Of a DNA stretch of 58,266 nucleotides, positions 8,902-18,275 are shown piece by piece (position 1 is the stretch's first letter; every line of letters starts with the position of its first letter). The translations under genes and the position numbers were made by a program. The notes under the pieces are model-generated. The model was not told the origin of the DNA. It was given only the letters and a program-made list of their open reading frames with translations, and did no database searches. The DNA comes from a virus (taxonomy: Duplodnaviria > Caudoviricetes): IMG/VR virus record IMGVR_UViG_3300027782_002369, positions 1 to 58,266 of that record; one strand, given 5' to 3'.

Positions 8902-10613
8902 TTATATTTCAAAAAGTCCGTTGGAAAAACTTTTTATCAACAGGACAAAATTTTACAGAGATTGATTTACAGAGGTCACCCAATACACTAATTATTGGTA
9001 ACAATGGTGCGGGTAAGTCCACCATTTTAGATGCCTTGTGTTTTGGACTCTTTGGTAAACCCTTTCGTAAGATTAACAAACCACAGTTATTAAACTCTAT
9101 CAATGCTCAAGCAGCCATTGTTGAAATTGAATTTGCTATTGGTAAAAAACAATACAAAGTTATTCGTGGTATTAAACCAAATACATTTGAAGTATATTGT
9201 AATGATAAGTTGGTTGACCAAGATGCCAAGGCAAAAGATTACCAAGAACATTTAGAGAAGTTTATTCTCAAATTAAATTTTAAATCCTTTACTCAAGTGG
9301 TTATATTAGGTTCGGCATCGTTTGTTCCATTTATGCAACTTACTCCTGCTGACCGAAGAGCAATCATTGAGGACTTATTAGATATTCAAATTTTCTCTTC
9401 CATGAATGGTGTGGTCAAAGAAAAGATGGCAATCATTAAAGATTCCACCACAAAAACCAAACATGAAATGGACTTGACATCCGAAAGAATTAATTTCCAA
9501 AAGCAAAGCATTGAGGAACATAAGAATCGGAATGATGAGGAAATTGAAAAGAAAAAGAAAGAGATTGCCACAAGTATAGACCAAACTTTTACTCTACAAA
9601 GAGATATAAGTTTAATTCAAAAACATATTGATGTTCTCCAGAAAAAGATAGAAGATAAACTTTCTGTGGAAAAGAAAAGTAAGAAGCTGTTACAGTTAGA
9701 ATCGAAGATTGAAACCAACATTAAAAAGAATGAAAAGGATATTGCTTTCTATGAAGAACACGACAACTGCCCAACCTGCAAACAAACCATCGAAGGAGAG
9801 TTTAAGCGAGAGCAAGTTGAAGAAAGAAAATCCAAAGTCACTACTCAACGGCAAGGCCTTGAGGAAATCTCTACACAGATTACTCAAGCAAACCAAAGAA
9901 TAGAACAAATACAAGATATCATTAAACACATTGGTGGCCACAATAATGAGATTGTTAAACACAACTCTACGATATCTGCCATTAACAAATATATTAATAA
10001 GATTCAAAGTGAAGTTGAAGAACTTGCCAATCGTAAAGATAATCTAGAAGAAGAAAATGCCAAACTTAAAGAGTTACGGGAAGAATTGGCCAAACTGATT
10101 GTGAAGCAAGAAGAACTATCATCAGAAAAACAATACTATGAGTTTGCCGGTTCTTTATTAAAAGATACTGGTATTAAAACCAAGATTATTCGTCAATACT
10201 TACCTATTATGAATAAGTTAATTAATAAGTATTTGACTGCAATGGACTTCTTTGTGAACTTCAATATCAATGAAAACTTTGAGGAAACAATTAAGAGTAG
10301 ACACCGTGATGAATTTGGTTATGCTAACTTTTCAGAAGGTGAAAAGATGCGTATTGACTTGGCACTACTGTTTACATGGCGACAGATTGCTAAGTTAAAG
10401 AATAGTACCAACACCAACCTATTAATTTTAGATGAAGTATTTGATTCTAGTTTAGATGGTGTAGGCACAGAGGAGTTTTTGAAGTTGATTCATGAAATGG
10501 GTTCTGATACAAATATTTTTGTTATCTCCCATAAAGGCGACCAACTGTTTGATAAGTTTAGGTCAATCATTAAATTTGAGAAAAAGAATAATTTTAGTCA
10601 GGTGGCAAAATGA
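8898..10613 (+). CDS. gp46: Recombination ATPase gp46 (Rad50/SbcC-like)
   Basis: GNNGAGKS, CPTC zinc hook, FSEGEKMRIDL signature, LILDEVFD. Confidence 0.97.
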   Translation: MIIFQKVRWKNFLSTGQNFTEIDLQRSPNTLIIGNNGAGKSTILDALCFGLFGKPFRKINKPQLLNSINAQAAIVEIEFAIGKKQYKVIRGIKPNTFEVYCNDKLVDQDAKAKDYQEHLEKFILKLNFKSFTQVVILGSASFVPFMQLTPADRRAIIEDLLDIQIFSSMNGVVKEKMAIIKDSTTKTKHEMDLTSERINFQKQSIEEHKNRNDEEIEKKKKEIATSIDQTFTLQRDISLIQKHIDVLQKKIEDKLSVEKKSKKLLQLESKIETNIKKNEKDIAFYEEHDNCPTCKQTIEGEFKREQVEERKSKVTTQRQGLEEISTQITQANQRIEQIQDIIKHIGGHNNEIVKHNSTISAINKYINKIQSEVEELANRKDNLEEENAKLKELREELAKLIVKQEELSSEKQYYEFAGSLLKDTGIKTKIIRQYLPIMNKLINKYLTAMDFFVNFNINENFEETIKSRHRDEFGYANFSEGEKMRIDLALLFTWRQIAKLKNSTNTNLLILDEVFDSSLDGVGTEEFLKLIHEMGSDTNIFVISHKGDQLFDKFRSIIKFEKKNNFSQVAK

Positions 10614-11173
10614 GTGAAGTCTTTACATATAACACGGAAGAAGTTGTTAAACAACCCACACCACAACAACAAACATTACCTTTAGTTGGCGAAAATAATC
10701 CAATTTTAAAAGAGGTAATGCCAGAGTTTGATTTTAAAAATCCACCAGTTAATCCTATGGCATTAGCCACAGTATTGGTAGAAACCTGTAAACTACACAA
10801 AGGTTATGGATTGTCCGCCAATCAATGTGGACTAAAACACAGAGTATTTGTAATGGGACATGGTGAAGAATATGTGGCATTTTTTAATCCCAAGATTACT
10901 TCCACAATTGGTGAATGCCACATGATTGAGGGTTGTTTATCTTTTCCACTTTTAGGATTAAGAATTACCAGACCTGAAACAATTGAGGTAGAATACCAAG
11001 ACTTCAATGGAGCTACCAGAACGGCAAAGTATAGTGGTATATCTGCTCGATGTTTTTTGCATGAGCTTGACCACCAAAATGGAATAGTGTATACTGATAA
11101 AGTAAAACCAATGGCATTACAATCTGGTATGAGTAAAAGAAACAAAATGATAAAGAAATTGAGAATTCGTTAA
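10610..11173 (+). CDS. def: Peptide deformylase
   Basis: GYGLSANQCG, EGCLS, HELDH. Confidence 0.95.
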   Translation: MSEVFTYNTEEVVKQPTPQQQTLPLVGENNPILKEVMPEFDFKNPPVNPMALATVLVETCKLHKGYGLSANQCGLKHRVFVMGHGEEYVAFFNPKITSTIGECHMIEGCLSFPLLGLRITRPETIEVEYQDFNGATRTAKYSGISARCFLHELDHQNGIVYTDKVKPMALQSGMSKRNKMIKKLRIR

Positions 11174-12438
11174 TGGCAACACCAATTGAATATGTAGATA
11201 AACAATGGAAAGATTGGTCTGAAAAGAATCCACCTTCCACATTCAAACACATTGATAAAGAACAACTGGTAAAAGTTCTTACTGAAGATTTAACTTATGC
11301 TTCTCAAATGGATGTCCGTGAATATACTCTGTACCAAAAATGGTGTGAAGTAAAAGAAAGATATCCTGTTCAAGAAGTATCTACATTGTTTGGCCAAGAA
11401 ACTCACATGGTTTATCCTGAACAAGAGAAACTTATTAAACAAGTTAAAAATAATTTCTGGATGCCAACTGAGCCGGATGATTATGAAAAATTAAAACCCG
11501 TTATGAAATTACATAATGGTGAATTGGCAGAAACATGGAATGCCATTCGTACTTTTTCTTCTACAATGAAGAACAACTCCAATATTGGTCGTAACTTATT
11601 CTATACGATTGAAGATGAGATTACCAATAAATACTTGGGTGTAATATGTATCTCATCAGACTTTCTGGACTTAACTCCTAGAGATAAAGCAATTGGATGG
11701 GATAGAGATGTTAAAACGCAACAAGGAATGATTAATCATACCGCAATTGGTTCCACTATCGTTCCATTACAACCACTCGGCTTTAATTACATGGGTGGTA
11801 AATTACTTGCTTTACTTTGTTTGGCTGATACAGTTCAAAAAGATTGGAAGGAAAGATATGGAGATGTCCTTGTTGGAGTTACAACTACTAGTCTTTATGG
11901 GAATACTAAGTCTGGTGGTCTTTCTCAGTATGATGGATTAGAACATTGGAATAAAATGGGTTTCTCAAGTGGTTCTGTGGCATTTGAACCTAGTAGAGCA
12001 ACCAAGAAAATGATTTTTGAGTGGTTAAAAGAAGAACACACTAAGAAATATTTTGAGTGGTGGGAAGCCAAGAATCTACAAGGTCTTCCGCTTAAGCGTG
12101 ACCATAAAAATCGTTCATTACATTTTGCATATCCAAAACTTGGTATACCAAAAGAATTAACAAGAACGGAACATCAACGTGGTATCTATTTTAGTCCACT
12201 CTATAATAATACCAATGAATATCTTTGTAAACAAATTACAGAAGATAAACTGGTAAAGTCATTTGATACCAGCGTAGAAGCATTATCTATTATTTGGAAA
12301 ACAAAGTATGCCAAAGGTAGAATTCGGCAATTACAAAAGAAAAACAATGTTTCATATGAAACTCTTTTCTATGACGATTTGATTTACCTGTCATGGGAAG
12401 ATACCAAAGCGAAATATTTACCACAAGTTGGTCGATAA
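11173..12438 (+). CDS. DUF4338/DruA-like protein, paralog 1
   Basis: IGRNL, TPRDKAIGW, IVPLQPLGFNYMGGKLLALL, TTTSLYG, SQYDG. Confidence 0.75.
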   Translation: MATPIEYVDKQWKDWSEKNPPSTFKHIDKEQLVKVLTEDLTYASQMDVREYTLYQKWCEVKERYPVQEVSTLFGQETHMVYPEQEKLIKQVKNNFWMPTEPDDYEKLKPVMKLHNGELAETWNAIRTFSSTMKNNSNIGRNLFYTIEDEITNKYLGVICISSDFLDLTPRDKAIGWDRDVKTQQGMINHTAIGSTIVPLQPLGFNYMGGKLLALLCLADTVQKDWKERYGDVLVGVTTTSLYGNTKSGGLSQYDGLEHWNKMGFSSGSVAFEPSRATKKMIFEWLKEEHTKKYFEWWEAKNLQGLPLKRDHKNRSLHFAYPKLGIPKELTRTEHQRGIYFSPLYNNTNEYLCKQITEDKLVKSFDTSVEALSIIWKTKYAKGRIRQLQKKNNVSYETLFYDDLIYLSWEDTKAKYLPQVGR

Positions 12439-12442
12439 ACGC

Positions 12443-12471
12443 TTGACAAATCACATACATAATGATATGAT
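12443..12471 (+). promoter_or_regulatory. sigma70-type promoter
   Basis: TTGACA-N17-TATGAT with extended -10 TG. Confidence 0.8.
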
Positions 12472-12526
12472 GTGAGAACTTGCTTAAGGCAAGGATTTAT
12501 TATTAACTTTACTATGGAGTATTACA

Positions 12527-12808
12527 ATGAGCAAATTATCTGCTAAACAAAAAATCGTAAACTATTTAAGCAAGAATTCTGACTATGGTCTAACCACAAG
12601 TCAAGCTCGTGCTAAATTTGGTATTCAAAACGTTTCAGCTCGTATCGATGAGTTACGTCAAGAAGGCCATGTGATTTACACAAACACACAAACCCGCAAT
12701 GATGGTACAAAGTTCAATTTGTATCGTATGGGTAAACCAACTAAGGCACTTGTCAAAGCTGCTTTGGCTGCCGGTTATAGCTTCAACCAACCACACCAAG
12801 AAGTTTAA
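12527..12808 (+). CDS. Winged helix-turn-helix DNA-binding protein
   Basis: LTTSQARAKFGIQNVSARIDELRQEGHVI; GGAG RBS; own promoter and terminator. Confidence 0.8.
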   Translation: MSKLSAKQKIVNYLSKNSDYGLTTSQARAKFGIQNVSARIDELRQEGHVIYTNTQTRNDGTKFNLYRMGKPTKALVKAALAAGYSFNQPHQEV

Positions 12809-12813
12809 TTCGT

Positions 12814-12837
12814 AGAGGGACTTAGGTCCCTCTTTTT
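12814..12837 (+). terminator. Rho-independent terminator
   Basis: AGAGGGAC-TTAG-GTCCCTCT-TTTT. Confidence 0.85.
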
Positions 12838-12855
12838 ATCATTATCGGAGCACAA

Positions 12856-13674
12856 ATGGAAATATCAATAAAAAAAGAAGATTTGCAAACAAAAAGTCTG
12901 TTTGTAGCAACGCCTATGTATGGTGGTATGAACCACGGTCTTTACATGAAAGCGTGTTTAGATTTACAAGGCCTCTGTATGCAGTATGGCATACAAGTAA
13001 AATTCTCATTTCTATTTAATGAGTCCCTAATTACACGAGCAAGAAATTATCTTGTCGATGAATATCTCCATCGTTCCGATTGCACTCATATGTTGTTTAT
13101 TGATTCGGACATCCACTTTAATCCGCAAGATGTGATTGCACTCTTGGCTATGGACAAAGAAGTTTCTGGTGGTCCTTATCCAAAGAAAGCAATTAAATGG
13201 AAGTCTGTTAAAACAGCAGTAACAAAAAATCCAGATATTGATCCTGGTATGCTTGAGAAAGTTACTGGTGATTATGTGTTTAATCCAGTTAAAGGCACGG
13301 CACAATTCTCTGTTACAGAACCTTTAGAAGTTATGGAAATTGGTACAGGCTTTATGATGATGAAGCGTGAAGTATTTACAAAATTAAAAGAAGCATTCCC
13401 AATGATTCGTTATAAACCTGACCATGTAGGACAGGCACACTTTGATGGTTCTCGTTACATTCATGCTTACTTTGATACAGTCATTGATACTGCTGATTCA
13501 ATTACTGGTGGTGGTTCTGACCGCTACCTATCAGAAGATTATATGTTCTGTCAGATGTGGCGTAAGATTGGTGGAAAAATTCACCTTTGTCCTTGGATGA
13601 AAACATCACACATTGGTACATATCACTTCCAAGGAGATATGCCAGCTGTTGCTAATTTTGTCGGAGAAATGTAA
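12856..13674 (+). CDS. GT-A fold glycosyltransferase-like protein
   Basis: LFVATPMYGG, SLITRARN, MLFIDSDI (DxD), IGTGFM, LSEDYMFC. Confidence 0.75.
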   Translation: MEISIKKEDLQTKSLFVATPMYGGMNHGLYMKACLDLQGLCMQYGIQVKFSFLFNESLITRARNYLVDEYLHRSDCTHMLFIDSDIHFNPQDVIALLAMDKEVSGGPYPKKAIKWKSVKTAVTKNPDIDPGMLEKVTGDYVFNPVKGTAQFSVTEPLEVMEIGTGFMMMKREVFTKLKEAFPMIRYKPDHVGQAHFDGSRYIHAYFDTVIDTADSITGGGSDRYLSEDYMFCQMWRKIGGKIHLCPWMKTSHIGTYHFQGDMPAVANFVGEM

Positions 13675-13675
13675 C

Positions 13676-14107
13676 ATGGCATGGCAAGATAGTAAGGGTA
13701 ATAAAGGTACTGATGACAATGTTAAATTGGTTTCAGAAGCACCTTATCATCCAGGTTATGAAGATGTTGGGTTTGACACTCTCGAACAAATCATTGGCCG
13801 TAAATTTGATGGTGGCAAATTAGAATATGGTTTGTTACCACCATTAGCACTAGAAGAAACTGTTAAGGTATTAACTTTTGGTGCTCAGAAGTATGAAAGA
13901 GATAATTGGCAAAAAGTACCGGATGCCAAACGTAGGTATTTCGATGCACTACAACGTCATGTGTGGTCATGGAAACAAGGGGAACAAATCGATCCCGAAT
14001 CTGGTATACATCACTTGGCACACGCAATGTGCTGCTTGATGTTTCTATATGAACATGATATAATGTATTCTTTAAATAATGGAGAAGTAAATGAAGCTGT
14101 CAAATGA
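13676..14107 (+). CDS. dATP/dGTP diphosphohydrolase-like protein (DUF5664)
   Basis: GRKFDGGK, VLTFGAQKYERDNW, ALQRH, DPESGIHHLAHA; ATG at 13676 preferred over 13613. Confidence 0.85.
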   Translation: MAWQDSKGNKGTDDNVKLVSEAPYHPGYEDVGFDTLEQIIGRKFDGGKLEYGLLPPLALEETVKVLTFGAQKYERDNWQKVPDAKRRYFDALQRHVWSWKQGEQIDPESGIHHLAHAMCCLMFLYEHDIMYSLNNGEVNEAVK

Positions 14108-14762
14108 AACCCTAACCGTATTGAAAAACTTTTCAACAATCAATCAAGGCATTCAATTTAAACAAGGAAAGAAACTTACCACAGTATCTTCCAGTAAAAC
14201 TGTATTAGCACAAGCCAATCTCAAAGATGAATTCCCACAAGAATTCTGTATCTATGATTTGAATGAGTTCTTATCCGTTCAAGGTCTTTATAAAGATTGT
14301 GAGATTGACTTTACTGCATCAGATGTAATCTTTAAATCTGGCAAGCGTTCAGGTAACTATCGTATGACTGCCAAAGAAATGATTGTAACTCCTCCAGAAA
14401 AAGAACTAACACTTCCTTCTGTAGATTGTGAATTCACTTTGACATCAGAAGATTATGATGCCGTTATGAAGGCAACCAATGTATTATCTTCTCCACACAT
14501 CTCTGTACAATCTGATGGTGAAACTGTCAATATTGTTTCATTTGATGCCGGCAATAATGCAGCACACACAAACACAATTGAAGTAGGTCAAGGTAACGGA
14601 AAGAAATACTCTATCGTATTCAAAGCAGAGAACATTAAGTTGATTTCTGGTACATATGATGTTAAGATTTCTTTTAAAGGTATTGGACATTTTAAAAACA
14701 CCAAAGATGACATCCAATACTGGATTGCATTTGAGGCTAAAGAAACTAAAATTGAAGGGTAA
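14091..14762 (+). CDS. gp45: Sliding clamp gp45
   Basis: MKLSNETLTVLKNFSTINQGI, FCIYDLNEFL, YWIAFE. Confidence 0.95.
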   Translation: MKLSNETLTVLKNFSTINQGIQFKQGKKLTTVSSSKTVLAQANLKDEFPQEFCIYDLNEFLSVQGLYKDCEIDFTASDVIFKSGKRSGNYRMTAKEMIVTPPEKELTLPSVDCEFTLTSEDYDAVMKATNVLSSPHISVQSDGETVNIVSFDAGNNAAHTNTIEVGQGNGKKYSIVFKAENIKLISGTYDVKISFKGIGHFKNTKDDIQYWIAFEAKETKIEG

Positions 14763-14764
14763 TT

Positions 14765-14956
14765 ATGTTAGTTTATTTTACAGATGCGGTAACACAAAAT
14801 AAGTTTGCAGTTAATCCAGAATATGTTGTTGGAGTTTTTATTGCCTCCGATGAAGAACATAAAGGTAAAACTGTATTGAATTTGTTGAATGGTTCTTTTC
14901 TAATTGAAGAAAAACAAATTGATGCTGTTGGTGTACTACAAGGCGTATTGAAGTAA
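14765..14956 (+). CDS. Small hypothetical protein
   Basis: 63-aa ORF tightly packed between gp45 and gp44. Confidence 0.7.
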   Translation: MLVYFTDAVTQNKFAVNPEYVVGVFIASDEEHKGKTVLNLLNGSFLIEEKQIDAVGVLQGVLK

Positions 14957-14992
14957 TACCTAAAGAAGTAAATTATATTATGGGAGTTTGTG

Positions 14993-15925
14993 ATGGAACA
15001 TTTATTATGGGTCGAGAAGTATCGGCCAAAAACTATTGAAGAATGTATTTTACCTGATGCCATTAAATCTACGTTCCAAGAGTACGTTAACAGAAAAGAA
15101 ATACCGAATCTATTATTATCTGGCTCAGCAGGCGTTGGAAAAACAACTATTGCTAAGGCACTATGTAATGAAGTTGGGTGTGATTATATTGTTATCAATG
15201 GTTCAGATGAATCAGGTATTGATGTACTTCGTAACAAGATTAAGAACTACGCTTCTTCAGTTTCTCTTGCAGGTGGTCGCAAGGTTATTATCATTGATGA
15301 GGCCGACTATCTTAACGCTAATTCAACACAGCCAGCATTGCGTGGAGCAATTGAAGAATTCTCCTCAAACTGTTCATTCATTTTCACTTGCAACTTTAAG
15401 AACCGTATCATCGATCCGATACACTCTCGTTGTTCTGTGGTCGATTTTAAAATCAACGGTTCTAAAGCCAAGATGGCTGCACAATTCTTTAAAAGAGTTG
15501 AGTGGATACTTGAACAAGAAAACATCACCTATTCTAAAGATGTCGTGGCAGCAGTTATCACAAAACACTTTCCAGATAATCGTAGAGTTCTCAATGAACT
15601 GCAACGATACTCGGTTTCTGGCACCATTGATGCTGGTATTTTGTCTAATATTGCTGATGTACAACTTGATACTCTTATTACTTCGTTAAAAGATAAAGAC
15701 TTTGCATCTACTCGTAAGTGGGTAACCAACAACCTCGACAATGATCCAGTAAAAGTTTATCGTAAACTATACGATGGACTATATGAGGTTCTTAAACCTG
15801 CTTCAGTACCACAATTGGTTCTCATTCTAGCTAGATACCAATATCAATCTGCCTTTGTTGCCGACCATGAAATCAATATGATTGCTTGTTTGACCGAAAT
15901 CATGGTAGATTGTGATTTCAAATGA
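14993..15925 (+). CDS. gp44: Clamp loader large subunit gp44
   Basis: LWVEKYRP, GSAGVGKT, IIDEAD, HSRC. Confidence 0.97.
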   Translation: MEHLLWVEKYRPKTIEECILPDAIKSTFQEYVNRKEIPNLLLSGSAGVGKTTIAKALCNEVGCDYIVINGSDESGIDVLRNKIKNYASSVSLAGGRKVIIIDEADYLNANSTQPALRGAIEEFSSNCSFIFTCNFKNRIIDPIHSRCSVVDFKINGSKAKMAAQFFKRVEWILEQENITYSKDVVAAVITKHFPDNRRVLNELQRYSVSGTIDAGILSNIADVQLDTLITSLKDKDFASTRKWVTNNLDNDPVKVYRKLYDGLYEVLKPASVPQLVLILARYQYQSAFVADHEINMIACLTEIMVDCDFK

Positions 15926-16398
15926 AAATAGGATTTAATTGTTCATGTTTTGATTTGTTTCATGCCGGCCACGTTACCATGTTAAAAATGGAAAAAGAAC
16001 GGTGTGATTATCTCAAAGTAGCTCTTCAAGTAGACCCCACAACAGATAGACCTGGTTTAAAAAATAAGCCAGTACAATCTATCTATGAAAGATATGCTCA
16101 GGTTCAAGCCTGTAAGTATGTTGATGAGATTCTATTATACGACACCGAAAAAGAATTACTCAATCTTATTATGACACAAGATATGCACATTCGTTTTTTG
16201 AGTGATGAATATCTATACAGAGATTTTACCGGTAAACAATATTGTATGGACAATGGTATAGAATTATTCTATCATAAACGACAACACACATATAGCACTT
16301 CTGAATTAAGAAATCGTGTATATGAATTGGAATTGGCCAAACGCCAAGAAAAAGATGTTGTTGATATTCCACAATACTCTACGGAGTTATTAAAATGA
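15922..16398 (+). CDS. Cytidylyltransferase (TagD/glycerol-3-phosphate CTase-like)
   Basis: FDLFHAGH (HxGH), PVQSIYER, CKYVDEI, YSTSELR. Confidence 0.88.
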   Translation: MKIGFNCSCFDLFHAGHVTMLKMEKERCDYLKVALQVDPTTDRPGLKNKPVQSIYERYAQVQACKYVDEILLYDTEKELLNLIMTQDMHIRFLSDEYLYRDFTGKQYCMDNGIELFYHKRQHTYSTSELRNRVYELELAKRQEKDVVDIPQYSTELLK

Positions 16399-16853
16399 AC
16401 CATACAAATATTCTAAAATTAGGTTTAGAAGGTGAAAAAGTTATTGTAGAGATGCTTCGTCAATTTGATATTGATGTGTATCATGTTTATGATGACAACA
16501 AGTATGACCGTGAAAAAGATATTCTTGTAGATGGTAAATATAAAGTTGAAGTTAAAACACAAGCACCCTTTATCAAATTAGATTCGTTTAGTTTTTTACC
16601 AAATCAACTTCGTAAATGTACAGAAGCAGATGTATTATATTTTGTTTCTGTTCCACATCCTACATGGCCACATTTTTCTGACGGATGGATTTATAGAGCA
16701 GTACCAAATAAATTTGAATATAAGAATTGGAAAGATAGATGGGGCAAAGAAAGAATTTTAATTCCTATCAAACAAGAAGCTTTGATTCCTGTTACTAAGA
16801 TGACAGATGAGAAATCAAAGGAGTTACAACTATTACTTTCCACAATGTATTGA
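16395..16853 (+). CDS. Putative PD-(D/E)xK nuclease-like protein
   Basis: LGLEGEK...KDILVD...VEVKTQ spacing. Confidence 0.55.
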   Translation: MNHTNILKLGLEGEKVIVEMLRQFDIDVYHVYDDNKYDREKDILVDGKYKVEVKTQAPFIKLDSFSFLPNQLRKCTEADVLYFVSVPHPTWPHFSDGWIYRAVPNKFEYKNWKDRWGKERILIPIKQEALIPVTKMTDEKSKELQLLLSTMY

Positions 16854-16854
16854 T

Positions 16855-17250
16855 ATGGCAGACCTATTCAAAGAAGTTATACCCTCAATTTTAAAAACTA
16901 AAAAGAATGTTTTGCAAAATGAATTCGATGTAAAAGAATACAAGAAGCAAGCATTTATGGTTAATCGTGCCTTGGCGTACCACATGGACTGTGTTCTATA
17001 TGCCAATGAGATGAACCTTCACTCCGACTTGGATGGAGATATGCAATATTCATATCTTCTAAATACCATAAGGTCTATGAAACGGGACTACCAACCGTGG
17101 CAGAAAGCATCGACCGATAAAGATATAGAATGCGTGAAGCAATACTTTGGATATTCTAATGAAAGAGCCAAAGAAGTTCTCCGTATTCTCAATGAAGAAC
17201 AAATCGCTGAAATAAGAGCAAAAACAAATAAAGGCGGAGTGAACAATTAA
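16855..17250 (+). CDS. gp62: Clamp loader small subunit gp62
   Basis: FMVNRAL, YANEMN, QYSYLLNTIR, VKQYFGYSNERAKE; ATG at 16855; precedes regA. Confidence 0.92.
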   Translation: MADLFKEVIPSILKTKKNVLQNEFDVKEYKKQAFMVNRALAYHMDCVLYANEMNLHSDLDGDMQYSYLLNTIRSMKRDYQPWQKASTDKDIECVKQYFGYSNERAKEVLRILNEEQIAEIRAKTNKGGVNN

Positions 17251-17657
17251 TGATTTCAATTATTGATTTAGTTGAAGTTACATTGGGTGAAAAAGATGAT
17301 TTTCTTAAAGTTCGTGAAACATTAACCCGTATAGGTGTAGCTTCCAAAAAAGACAGAATTCTCTACCAATCTTGCCATATTCTACATAAGCAAGGTAAGT
17401 ATTATATCGTACATTTCAAAGAACTCTTTGCTTTGGATGGTAAACCAACTGATATTTCCGAAAATGACTTATCTCGTAGGAATGCCATTGCCAAATTGTT
17501 ATCTGATTGGGGACTGGTAAAGCTTGTCAATGCCAAACAGATTGAGGAACCTCTTCCTATCTTTCTATCACAGATTAAGATACTTTCCCACAAAGAAAAA
17601 GATGATTGGGAATTGACACCCAAATATAATATTGGTAAAAAACCAGGTGCCTATTGA
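17250..17657 (+). CDS. regA: Translational repressor RegA
   Basis: DDFLKVRETLTRIGVAS, LYQSCHILHKQGKYYIVHFKELFALDG. Confidence 0.98.
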   Translation: MISIIDLVEVTLGEKDDFLKVRETLTRIGVASKKDRILYQSCHILHKQGKYYIVHFKELFALDGKPTDISENDLSRRNAIAKLLSDWGLVKLVNAKQIEEPLPIFLSQIKILSHKEKDDWELTPKYNIGKKPGAY

Positions 17658-17683
17658 CAAACTAGTATAAATACTAGTATACT
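17654..17683 (+). promoter_or_regulatory. Nested sigma70 promoter and late promoter for hsp20
   Basis: TTGACA-N18-TATACT with TATAAATA (17666-17673) in the spacer, inside the inverted repeat ACTAGTAT-AA-ATACTAGT. Confidence 0.7.
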
Positions 17684-17727
17684 TATGGTGTGGTGCTCAT
17701 CTGAGGCCACAGTTTTATATTGATTAA

Positions 17728-17746
17728 CTCGCTTGAATTTAAGGAG
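17728..17746 (+). promoter_or_regulatory. ROSE-like RNA thermometer hairpin
   Basis: CUC-G-CUU pairs with the SD AAG-GAG leaving a bulged G; contains the U(U/C)GCU motif; upstream of a small heat-shock gene. Confidence 0.7.
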
Positions 17747-17752
17747 AAACAT

Positions 17753-18214
17753 ATGACAAGCACAAATCTATTATTCCCACAATGGGCTACACTATCCAAA
17801 TCTTTGGATCCTTTCACAGTTGGTTTTGATGATGTACTAGACCAAATCCGTGATATCTCTGAAACAGTCGCCAAAGCAACACCTGCTTATCCCCCATACA
17901 ATATCAAACAAGTAAAAGACAACAAGTATGTCATTGAAATGGCAGTTGCTGGATTTGCTAAGACCGACATTGAAGTTACTTTAGAAGGTAACAAATTGGT
18001 AATCAAAGGTGCCGTTGTTGATAGTTCTGGTGATGATAACTATATCTACAAAGGTATTGCTAATCGTAATTTCAATCGTGCCTTTACTCTTGCCGACAAG
18101 GTAGAGATTAAAGATGCCGAAATTACTAATGGTATGCTTAAAGTTTGGTTGGAGAACATGGTAAAAGTTCAAGATGCGGTAAAGAAAATTACCGTAAAAT
18201 CCAAGGATGATTAA
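17753..18214 (+). CDS. hsp20: Small heat shock protein Hsp20 (IbpA-like)
   Basis: YPPYNI, IEMAVAGF, YIYKGIANRNFNRAFTL, NGMLKV; AAGGAG then ATG 17753. Confidence 0.95.
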   Translation: MTSTNLLFPQWATLSKSLDPFTVGFDDVLDQIRDISETVAKATPAYPPYNIKQVKDNKYVIEMAVAGFAKTDIEVTLEGNKLVIKGAVVDSSGDDNYIYKGIANRNFNRAFTLADKVEIKDAEITNGMLKVWLENMVKVQDAVKKITVKSKDD

Positions 18215-18272
18215 TTGGTGGCCTGTATCCGATGAGGAATGGGAACAATTGAACTACCCAAACGGTAGATAA
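18207..18272 (+). CDS. Putative 21-aa peptide
   Basis: MINWWPVSDEEWEQLNYPNGR; overlaps the hsp20 stop and ends before the terminator. Confidence 0.4.
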   Translation: MINWWPVSDEEWEQLNYPNGR

Positions 18273-18275
18273 TAC

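Noticed and set aside
11173-12438. Complete Druantia defence system
   Set aside because: Only DruA-like genes are present; no DruE-type large helicase or other partners are visible
15036-15689. 217-aa alternative-frame ORF in gp44 (likewise 2785-3246 and 29043-29369)
   Set aside because: Shadow frames of conserved core genes with L/M/I-rich composition typical of frameshifted AT-rich codons
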